From: Owenia fusiformis
Lineage: Eukaryota
NCBI GenBank assembly: GCA_903813345.2
Contig: CAIIXF020000001.1
Coordinates: forward strand, 31,992,001-32,056,000
Length of the DNA stretch: 64,000 bases
Direction: 5' to 3'
Below the pieces are notes generated by a model. That model was not told the DNA's origin. It did not search any database and was given only the letters and a program-made list of their open reading frames with translations. Both the position numbers and the translations under genes were made by a program. Of the stretch, positions 25,501 to 37,500 are shown piece after piece (the first letter of the stretch is position 1; each line of letters begins with the position of its first letter).

Positions 25501-28500
25501 TGTTGAGAAGCATCAACGTGATTGGGATGAATACCTACCTTATCTCATGTTGGCATATCGTACATCAGTACATGAAACATCGCAATTCACACCATGTGAA
25601 ATGATGCTAGGCAGACAGTTGAATCTACCAGTTGATATGGTGTTTGGACTTCCACCAGGAGAAAATAACACAGATGAGACAGAATATGTTGCAGCAATGA
25701 AAGAGAGGATAGAAATCTCACATGCGTTTGCAAGAGAAAATTTGAATAAAAATAGCATTAGGCAGAAAAAGTACTATGACCTAAAAGCGCGCCCCACAAC
25801 AATGCATGAAGGTGACGCAGTGTGGTTACATTGCCCAGTAAGGAAGCCAGGGATCTCCCCTAAGTTACAAAGACCTTTCCAAGGGCCATATATAATCACA
25901 AAACGTATAAGTGACATCACGTTTAGAATCAGAAGATCACCAAGGAGCAAGGAAACAGTAGTACACATAGATAGACTGAAACCATACAATGGCGAGGATA
26001 AACCCACGTGGTATAAAAAGAAAGAGATTATCCCAGTTGAAAATGAAAATGATCCCGCGCAGATCACTGATACTGCAAAGCCATTAGAAAATAAAGGGGC
26101 AACTAGTAAACAGCAGGAACAGCCAGTCAATGATATGATGGAGGAAGAAATTGAGGATGGAGAAGCAGATGTAGACCAGAATGAAGATGATCAGAGAGAG
26201 TCAGAGGAATTTTATGAGGTTGAGAAGATTCTCGGACAGAGGAAAAGAAACGGCAAAACAGAATTTCTGTGTAAGTGGAAAGGCTGGGATTCCAGTCACA
26301 ACACATTTGAACCATTTTCGCACCTCAATGAAGCTGCAAAAGAATACATTAGGAATCATGTGATTCCAGATGTAAAATAATCAGGGTACTTTTCCGAGCA
26401 TAATGATTGTTGACTTATGATAATGACACTTATAGAAGATTAAGGATGTTTAGAATATATATTGTTGTAAATAATTGTATAAATATGATGCGTTGACGAT
26501 GGAACCCTCAGAGGATTTATTTACAGTTAAAGGTGATATGAAGTGAATATTATATATTGAGATTCAAAAGTATGTGCTTCCATCATGATTGTAAATACTT
26601 GTATAGGTTTCTGATAGAAAACAAAAGTCAAGAAACAAGAAATGATTGGTGTAATGACTCAAATAATCTCAAATGCTATGTGAAAAGTAGTACAAAGAGA
26701 AGATGTATATATAAGGTGGTGTGTCAAATTAAGAGAAGCAATATTAATCAGTTGTATAAGCCAACTTTAGATGTTTTCCAAAGCGCGTCATGTAATGCTT
26801 AAGAGTCAGCAAATACAGTTCTTGCCGTACTATATGCGTTCATGCAAGTAACTACTTGCCTTAAAGTGAATTGCATAGCTTGAAATAATGTATGCCGAAG
26901 TCTCTTTTGCAATGCCGTTAATGATTATTTGGAAAATGTTGAAAGGAAGTGCTTGGTGATCCGGAGCCTATGAAGTGATTATTTGGCTGGTAGTTACAAT
27001 AGTGGATATATTGTTGGAACTGTTGTTCAAGAAAATGAATCTTCAGGCGTCCTGGATTCGTTTAAGAAATTACAACATGTATTTTACTTCTGATTTGTGT
27101 GACTGTGAGTGGGCTCGTAACCCATGAAACGACTGACGAAGATTAAATGTGATGTATGAATGTTAATCATGTAAGAAATATGCTGTCCATTTTTAAGACG
27201 ATTTCGTCAACTGAAGATAGTTTAGATATGATTATGTTGTCGGCGTCATGAACCAAAACTGATCATTTTGAGTATCAATTGCTCATGCATTCTGTATTGT
27301 ATTTGCTTAGTGGATGTGCACGTACATTTGTGCTATGGGGAGGTGTGATACGATATTAGGAATTGTGCCTGAAAGTTTGGAAATACAGTTGGATCTCGAT
27401 GTTTGGTAGCTGCTAGATCAAGTTTCGCTGATTATGGTTATGGTAATCCAGGTGATACAACTTTCATAGAGTTGAAATAGTTGAGAATAATCATTTGGAA
27501 TAAGAGTACTAGCTTCGGATGTATGAAGAGAGTAATATTTTTGGAAACTATTGTCATTTCGATCCAGATATGGATGATTCAGTTTGTATTGAATAAGATG
27601 ATGCATATACATCTATTGTTTTGTTTGATAGCTGCACATGTTTTGTTGAAGAGGAATACAGAAATTCCAACCCATATAACGAAATAGTGTGATAATCAAA
27701 ATGTATTTGGTAGCTGTAAATAGTAAAACCTATGGAGGAATACAGTATTATCATTAGCGGAAAATGTAAATAGCACTGGATATATATAATTTTGAGGAGA
27801 TATGTGATTTGTTATGGCTAAATAGTCATCGCCTAGAATTAATTTTGTCTTAACGAGGACGTTAACTAAAGAAAGGAGGGGGTGAAAGCATCATATCTGA
27901 GAATTTTTGTTAAAAATGATTGAAATCTGCATTGTAGATAGATATAATTGATTGATATTTTTGATGATTGATGTATATGTCTAAAATCCTAACTGAGAGT
28001 TATCTAGTAATTTACATTTTAAAGCCGAGACCTTAATTGTTGACCATATGAAGTTTCTATGAAGTGGATTTGAGTTTTATTTTGAAGACTTGCGTGAACT
28101 TTCAACAGAGAGAACTTGTCAGTAAGATAAAATGACGTGAAACTTTTGAAAATATGAAAATGAAATGTACCAGTCACATATTTAACTAAATAGAATAGAG
28201 GAATATATTAAATGTTAATGACGAGGACGTCATTTTATAAGAGGGGGAGCTATGTAACGGTCTGCTTAACGAAATTATTAATACATAAAGCTTTTGCAGT
28301 TGCGGTAGTACGACATTTTAAAGTCTATTCCACTGAAACACAAAAAGGGAGCAACACTTTACATATGAATCCTGTGTGGTAGACAAATAGGAAATAAACA
28401 GGTTTTGTAACTTCGAAGAAGCAAACCACGACGGAAAACGCAATTCGAACGCGAGTTGGAAATATTTATCTGTATTCTGATTGGTTGATTTTATATCAAC

Positions 28501-31500
28501 TCACGATTGAATCGAATGTTAGATCGCAAGCGTTGTAGGGCGTCAGACGATATCGGGAGGCACGACTACAAGGTAGGGCTATGCACATTTTCTAGGTGAA
28601 CAACATTCCTGTTTCTGGACTGGGCGTTACTTCGGCTTACAGACTTCATCAACAGCAATATGCAGCAATGAGCAACCCAAGATAAGGATTCGTAAGCTGT
28701 GAATCTACAGCAGTCCATTGGGGTGCCGTAACGGCTGGAATTCGCTGAAGGAATAGCGTTACCACGGGAGTTGAGACCACACAGTCAGCCAAGAGCAGCC
28801 AGTCTCCGAAAGTCGAGAGCCTGCACTCTACGCAAGTCCCCTATCATCGTGATCAAGTCCACGACGACTTCAAGGGCCAGTCCCACAACCGGTTGCCTCT
28901 TATCGTCTCGCATAGCTTTTATTATCTTTTATAGACATTTTAAATAGACATTTCTGTAGTATTATTTTGAAAGACATTTGCATATCTAGAGTAATAGATT
29001 AAATTAAAAGCATCATAAATACCATTGTTCTTTCTCTCAGTGCAATATTACTTTTTTGATCATACTGTTCTCCATGTTGATTTTAAATAAATAAACCTTG
29101 TACATATTGTTATATTTTTACATCACTTGTCGTGTTGCATATGTGTTGCATGTTATATATGATCTATTAGGTTCTGTCAAAAAGTCCCATTCCCCTCCCC
29201 GTTTCGTCCGGTTACACTACGATAGCATTTAAAATACCTGGATTTCTCTATTTTGTCGGAAGAAGCAGAAGGCACTGACGGATGTCCTTCCATTTTGGCG
29301 CTGGGCTGCGGTGTAAAGTTACGCGAGTCGCAGTCAGTGGCTTCGCCCTCGTTTTGCTTATCCCCCGTGATATATTAATTAGGGGTTTGAAGGGTTAGAT
29401 AAAAACAAAATCAATAATGTGGTCATGGTTTTTCACATGTATTAATATTAAACATGTCCCCTAAATTGTGCATCCAATAATATTTACATCTAATTACCCA
29501 AATCAACACAAACACCTGTACTTTTATAATCAAACTGCCAGTTAATTGCTGAACCAAAACCATGTTTACCTTAAATACTAATAATGTGCCATAAGCACTG
29601 GCCTATTGAATTCTAAAAAGTCGAAACATACATGTTACAACATTAGCTCCATGTTTTTGCTGACATAACTTGATGTTAGTCCCCGTAATTCCTTGATAAT
29701 TGAAATGCTAATGGATCCAGATCAGTGACTTTTGTCATGTTCCCTGGTGCACTTAGGCAGTTAGGCCAGTAATTCAACATATAATCTAGAGCAGGGAAGA
29801 AGGAATGATTCTGGAGCCCTGTGTTCAGACGCTGAATTCTGAAGACTTGCATTTTCTGCAGTCTGTGTGGCATGTACCAAATCAATGATTTTCTACTTAC
29901 TTAAACAGAGCTGTTTTGTCCATGAGTACCTCCACCTTTGTGATTTCCTCAACCTGTAGCTGGTAAGACTGTCCCCACTGATCCACCAAAAGGCTGCCTC
30001 CAAACCCATACTTACAGTCTATTTCACTGCTTAACCCCTGTAATACAACAAAACATTCAATACATGAACACACAAGTAGAGCTGCTGTTTAGGTCTGTTA
30101 AATGAATTTTGGTACAGATCCTCCAATATCTTCAAATAGTGTTTATACCATTGAACATGTTTCTTCAGGTTGGTAATTAATTTTTATATCCATAACTGTT
30201 ACTGTTTGACGCAACCTTAAATTCACAATATCCATCGTGCATTTAATTCCATAAGGTCCTATATGCCCTCTAATTAGATTTCTACACTTAGTACACCTCT
30301 TTCCAGGATTTGAGTCTTCTGTAATAGTTTCTTCCATTTTTATGTAAAAGTTCTAAACTCTGTTCGATAAAAGCTTTCCACTCCTATCCTTGCTACACGT
30401 ACAATATGAACTAGAGAAACGCATGCGCAAATTGCAATTACAAATAAGTTATATAAAAGATGTCGCTTACATTAAAATTCATTTATTACATAAATATACA
30501 GTTTATTGATGTTTCAATTGTGTGATCGATTGGGATTCTGTCAGAACATTGGACAATGAGAGCAATAGAGATATTAGATGGATTAAGGAATCAATTTTTA
30601 TAAGAAAAAACAGTAATAGTATGAAGCCAGAAGTTAAAATTCAGAGGAAGAAACACGAAGTGTTTTCGAACCGTCAATAAACAAAAATTTAAGGTTGCGT
30701 CAAACGTTGTATTGGAACATTAGTGCAGAAGAGGTCATTTAAAAATCACTGAGGAGCACATTTAGACTTTAGAGGCTCTGTTTTGCTCAAGTATAAACAC
30801 TATGTGAGCCAGGCAAGCTTTATGTATAAGCAGTCAGGCTCTATGGACTAGAAACATCAAACAGGCTCTAGTCTTTACCCCAGACTCTAGAGTAGACCCT
30901 GTTTACTAGGCTATTTAAAAATAAAACTGTCTTCGTAATACTCAATAAAAGTCTTGCATCAAATCTCCAGTCCTTGCAAGTATGTGCATCTAGATGAGAC
31001 TCAATAATGGGACTTGAAGCAAGACTACAACTTAATAGTTGACTTAAAATAGTTAAAGTTCATATCGTATATTAACCAGAATCTCATATACCTTCTGTGT
31101 TATTTTCTCCTTAGTTACTCCAGGGAGGAATGCAATTGTGTACCAGCTGCCTGGCTTTGGATTGGGCACCTCAAATGCTATTGTGGTGTTATCACTGCTC
31201 AGTTGGTCAAAGTGAATGAGGTTATCCCTCTCTAGGTAGAAATTGGTAGGATATGAGTTGTTAAGGTGTGTGTTAATGAGAGGATAGCTGCCATGCTGCA
31301 TGTACCTGCAAAATAATATAAATGGCTTAATGATGTCTAGAGATTAGAGTCATACACTTGAGAAAGTTTTATCTCATCAACAGGTGTATCAATTATAAGG
31401 GATGTTCTTTGAGGTAAGCTGTTATGTCCTTCGAAACTAATATGCCACATCTTGGATATAGCCAATACACATTGGTTTGATCCCTACGTGTCAATACACA

Positions 31501-34500
31501 TAAATAAGTGAATACAGTAAAACTTATTGAACATATAAATATATCAAAGTGAACGCACATATACACATACTGTACATAAATCATTAGAATCAATTTATTG
31601 CATAAATCCCTTTTTATGTTCGGAAAAATGGTAAATCGCGGTTCAAATGTTTAAGATCTAGAGTCCATTTCACTGCCTCATTTCATCAGTAGAACGGCAA
31701 AAATAAGAAATTGGGAGACCATTGTGCAATAATATATGGAAAAGTATATTCATAATGTACATAAATGACATTTGTATATCTTGGATTGCTTCTAGTTTGG
31801 CTTATGAAGTGTGTGGCCTCTTATATTTGGATGTTTCTCTGCCATGTTATTTTCAATAAGATAAACATGGCTGAAATTCTTCAAATTACAAGACGGCACA
31901 GGCTTATTGCACAAAAAACTAAAAAATCTGAAATATACAAATGTCATTCATGTACATTATGAATATACTTTTCCATATATTATTGCACAATGGTCTCCCA
32001 ATTTCTTATTTTTGCCGTTCTACTGATGAAATGAAGCAGTGAAATGGACTATAGTTTATCCAATAAATCGGACCATTTGGCATTAGAAAGTCGCAATGAG
32101 ATAGCATCCAATTGATAAGTAGAGCTTATCTATTCATTTAGATAAATTGTCCCATGTCTCTATTGAAGTTTTTATGTTTTCTAATGTGAAAGCCATTCAC
32201 ATTAGAAAACATAAAAACTTCAATAGAGACATGGGCAATTTCAATCTAGATTGCTTGTGGAATGAAGTTATATTGCCATAGCAATTAATCATTTTGGACG
32301 TTGTTAATATATAAGGTTTAATGATGTAACAGTAGATTTACCTGTATTCATTTCAACTGTTTTCAATTCAAATTTAGTGATCATGGATGCAGTTTGCATT
32401 TGAAACGTCTAAAACAAAAAAATTGTAATAAAGTCTGTGACAATGAACACTAATAAATGGATTTAATATTACCAGACTATGAACTTATTTAATGTGACTG
32501 TTAATGCTGCAGGCCGTCCAGCTGTCCCGCAATTTGCTTATTTGTCACACATTTGCTGGAAAATTTGAAGTCACGCCAGTTATTTACGCAAATACGCAAG
32601 CAAAAATATTCCTCTAGAAAAAGTTTTAAAGAGTAATCGACGATACAGCACAAAACCGAATGCCGAAAAAAACGAACGCATTTCGTTTGGACTTTTCACG
32701 CGGATACCGTATATGTCACTCATTTTTCTCGAAATATTTTGTACCTACCCCCCCAATTTCCCAGCCATTTATTCTTGCTAAATTCGGATGTACATATGCA
32801 TGGAGCCTTTCTCTATATCCCCCTGAACTTTGTTCGTTGAGATAATTAATTTTATGATTGATCTAAGACCCTCTCCCCTAACACTTTTACTTTCCTTTTT
32901 CAATCCCTACACTTTTTGAGACCCAAATACCCTCCTAATTTGAAGGTAACAAACCCCCTCCCATAAACAGAATAGCAATTTACTTCAAAGATGAAAGCAT
33001 TTACTTCACAACACTGATTACTTACACATGGATTTGTCTTTTAAGACATTCCTTGTTATTAGATATGGCATTGAGATTCCACTTGGCCCTGGTAGCCTCC
33101 ACAGGTACTCTAAAGTCTATCACCTTCACACTTCCATATGTGCTATACTCAAATATCTGCACTGCTGTGTGATAATAAAGCTTAGATACACCTGAAACAT
33201 ATAAAAAATAATAGTGTTCCTATGTCTCTTGAAGACTTAAATTGGGACTTGAATAACCTATAGATGTCCTACTTGCAAAATTTTGCATCACTTGATAGTA
33301 GGTAACTTAAATAGATTTTGGATATCCCCCTCCCTGTGTACTTCACCTTCCCAACACATCACTGTATTGAAAGTGAAGTACAAACTATACAGTCTGAAGT
33401 ATGTCTTTCTTGAAATATATACTGTATTCAAAGTCACCATATTGATTTTATTAGATGGATGAGATATGGTACTGACGTAACATATATCATGGGCATTCAA
33501 CTAGATGAATGGCCATGCATACAGGGTGTTCCAAAAGTAACAGGACTGGTGCTGTCATTTTGTCAATTTTGTACTAAGTATCTTCAAATTTTCACAAATT
33601 GTACTTTGAAGTATTGCAACTTAAATTCTAAAGTTTCAGAAAAAATCATGAAATGCAGCTAGAGTTATGGTTACTATAGTAACATGACATTCCAATACCC
33701 GGGGCAACTTTTTTCCTGAAAATGTGATATCTAACATTTTTGTATTACTGAAGAAAGTATCTAATTCACCTATTATAATGCAACATTTTTTGTTTATTTT
33801 ATTAGTTCCTTTGTTGTAAACGTGTTGCTATACAACTCAGATTCAAGTATAATTTCATAATGATAATAACATTTATTCAATTTCCTGGAATATCACTATG
33901 TATAACAGTCTGAACAATCCGCGGTTGAGTTTTTGAAAATACCCAATTTGAAGCCAGTCATCTACCTTGATAGCGCGCCTGCCCACAGGTCGGCATTAAA
34001 GACCATGCAGCTATAGAGGAGCTAGGTCTTGAAGTCTAAAACCATGCACCATATCCCTCTGATCATGCAATATCTAATTTTTACTTATATTGAGAACGGA
34101 ATGCTAATCAGTGCTGTAAGACCTTTAAAGATGAGTATGATCTTCTCCAAATTGTGTAATCGACCCTGCGTGACATGTCCTCAAATGGGTTCACTCATGT
34201 GTTTGGGTCATGGATACAGAGTACTACTCTTGTACTGACCAAAGAGGAGCCTATTTTTCAAGGTAGAGGATACATAGGAATATCAAATGATGTAAAACAA
34301 ATGTAATTCCCACCAGTTGTTGCATATCAACTTTGATATGGCTTGTACAAAATGATATGGTATGTACAAAATGCTTAATGTCTTTGTAACTTTTTGCGTT
34401 GAATGTTGCCCCGGGTATTGTGATGTCATGTTACTATAGCAACCATAACTCTACCTGAGTTTCATATGTTTTGTAGAAACTTTGCAGTCTTAGTAACGAT

Positions 34501-37500
34501 ACATGAAAGTAGATTATGTAAAATTTTGAAGACGATTGGTGCATATTTAACAAAATGCCAGCACCAGTCCTGTTACTTTTGGAACACCCTGTATATACAT
34601 AAAGTAAATTCTAAAATGTCTCTAGGAAGTTCGAATGATAAAAATAAGGAAATAATGTCATATTAAATGATGTATATAACTATCTAGGACTTATAAAACG
34701 ACTTTTTGAGGATTACCATCAATTTTATTCCTTTTCATTAAAGGCACATTGTAACACACAGCCGACATAATGGTTCAAAAACTAAATGTAAGAAATGTTC
34801 TTTTGATTTCAAATCGAATGTCAAAGTGCTCTTATAACAAAAGTGAAAGTGTTTGGCCATTGTCAGGAATCCCCCAAAACAAATGTCACAATGAATGTCT
34901 CCATACCATCCAATGTATATTGAAGACGTTGTACTCGTAGCCTGCACTTGTGGAAATACAATGTTATGTGACGTCATTTTCGTAACAACGATATATTTGG
35001 AGAAACCTCCCAACTCTTAGTGGATTCCAGAAATTACTTTACATTTATATACAAATTGAGCTCTAACTAGGGTATAATAATTAACGTTCTATCATATTAC
35101 CATCGCTGTATCATATTGATATTAATTTATGATAATAAACATGCAAAATGCTAAGTAACAAGCTCAAAAATGGCAATGTTATTGTTATTGAATTAATATC
35201 TCCCTTAGTAATTACACTGGACGAAACATTCTAAAAATTGCCAAAAGTAGAGGTCATTGTAACAGCCCCCACTCCGTCAAAATTTTATCAATTTCTGTTT
35301 TCTTTACATTGTATGAAAGATGAGGGTTCACTCAAAATGTTAAAGTAGAGATCAATATGATATGTTATTATTATTATTAAAATTTTTTATTATAGTATCA
35401 CTAGTGTTAAAAGTATACATACAATGTCAAATACAATGTAAACTAAAACACTACCAGCCGGTGTCGGCTTATGAGACACTTAGGTCCTTCTACAATCTGG
35501 AACAATGTCCATTAAATAAATATACTATTCTATAATATACAATTATTGCACTGTTCAAATATAATATCAGCATGTTTTTAGAGTAAGCATTTTAAGTTGA
35601 CTAGAATAAATATCTGTTGAACAGTTGTTTTGATCATTTCAGACCCTCTCAATATTGAAGTTCCTTTTTTGCCACATTTTAAATAGAGTTGAAGCCAATA
35701 AATTTTGGATGTTTTTGTCATGCATAAGACTGATCAGTGTACCCAGGCCATCATTTGAGTTAATGTTTATATGGGGGGCTGTTACTTTAACATTGTCATA
35801 AAACTCTTTCCTGATGTCCTTATAATGTTCACATTGAATGATGCCCAGTGGTAATTGGTTCAATGCCATGTCACCAGTTGTGTTGGGATGGTTTTTGAAA
35901 TTCCTATACTTTAGATCTCCCCAAAGATTGGCGTCTGGAGAGTATGGTGGCCATATGTTTGGGGTCCTGCATGATCGAGATAAGCTTTCGCCAGAAACTT
36001 ACTTGACGTCCGTGATTTTTTCTAAGAATTTCTCCATCCAAAATGTCACTCGACTTTTTGGCAATTAAAAGTCCCTGCCTGCATTTAGTAGTCATATATT
36101 GTCATGTGCATAATTTTGAAACCATATCCTAATTATTTCACAAACCCTTTGTTGATTCTGCCATAGTTTCCAATTTGTAAACAGCATTTAGCCTTTTTAA
36201 TTGGGAACTTTTTTTAAATTTCCAAAATGGCTGCCATGTGATTCCAGAATTACCATGAGTGTGACGTGACATCACAGTTGCTCGTTCCTAGGTAACAACA
36301 AGATCACAATTGCTCGTTTCTAGATAGCAACAAGATTTTTGATAAAATGGCACAGAATTACCCTGATTACCACGGACGTCAAGTAAGTTTCTGGCGAAAG
36401 CCGGAGCATAGATTATTTAGAGGACTGGAAACCAGAATGACCTACCTTTTTATTTCCCGAATCTCGCCTGAAATTAGCTCATCTTGGTGACTGTAACCTG
36501 TATATCTGTATTAATAGAGTCTTTTTGTATCGCATCTGGGAATGTACTAAAAACCCTTCGACCTACGACCCTTCGACCCTACGACTTACTGGGTGTCAAG
36601 AATTTTTGGAATATATTTTATTGAAAAACCCTTCGACCTCTGATTTCCCAGTCCAGTTTACTAAATGATTACGTATAGTTCCAAATTGAACTCCCTGTGC
36701 ACGCAAATACGCATTTTACCTGGTAATTGTCAAGCAAAAATGTTTCAGTAGAAAAATTTCTAAAAAGGTTCGTCTACACAGCAAAAATACGAACACCGAA
36801 AAAAAACGTACGCATTTCGTTTGGACTTTCACGCGAATTACGTATATGTCACGCATTGCGTTCGAAATCTTTCGTCCCTACACCAACACCAACACCAACC
36901 CCACACACATTACAAATATGATGGTTATTAGACTTAGCAGAAATCTTGAGAACTCTTGAATCTCTGGTCATAAAAGGAAATGTACTAAAATGTAATAAAC
37001 TTTTTAATCAGCGTCGATAGCTATTTGAAAAAGGAAAGATTGTATGATGGTATTTGTGAAACAATGCATGTTGTTTTTTTTAACTGTATAATTATATGTA
37101 AATGTCTTGTAATTGATTTTGTGAGGAAACCAAGTGTTTGGTTTGAAACACAATAAAATCTTGAATCTTGAATCTTGAATCTAATATACTGCTAGCCTAT
37201 CAATCAAAGGTATGAATAGTGCAGCTGAATTGCGGAAGGAATATAAGAATCGCGCTGAAAAACACTCTTCAAATTACGATATCTCTAGAAATATAAGACC
37301 AATCACTAAGTTTTATACACCATTAAAAAGCTTAATTCACCGATAATTTAAGAAATAATTTTCATGATTAATGAAGAAGTACTTTTCTCTATATTTGACC
37401 AGAAAGAACATGAATAACTGAAAATGAATGATTATCGTCTATGCCCGGCAGGCGGGAAATGAACAAACACACTAATTTAGACTAGGCAATTAGAATTAGC

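Larger units (their letters stand above)
17224..29216 (+). mobile_element. Full-length Ty3/gypsy LTR retrotransposon in TMEM8 intron 4, antisense to host gene
   Basis: TG...CA LTRs 17224-18187 and 28253-29216; 4-bp TSD CTAC (17220-17223 / 29217-29220); PBS and PPT present; intact PR-RT-RH-IN order. Confidence 0.97.
15708..29369. mobile_element. Non-autonomous TIR DNA transposon (~1.66 kb, CACGG...CCGTG ends) split by the LTR retrotransposon
   Basis: 51-bp TIRs 15708-15758 and 29319-29369 with one mismatch; flanking ATATA on both sides (5-bp, or 3-bp ATA, TSD); no transposase ORF. CAC ends fit Transib- or Chapaev/CMC-type elements. Confidence 0.8.

Noticed and set aside
22092..26315. Antisense ORFs inside gag-pol (e.g. 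23530-24066)
   Set aside because: Shadow ORFs of the long sense frame with no independent motifs
27102..27133. Hammerhead-like CTGTGAG-TGGG..CCCA-TGAAAC in the gypsy 3' UTR
   Set aside because: Core lacks a conserved A and I could not form stems I and III
26381..28252. env-like or accessory ORF in the 1.9-kb 3' region
   Set aside because: Only short ORFs (up to 81 aa) without recognisable motifs on either strand
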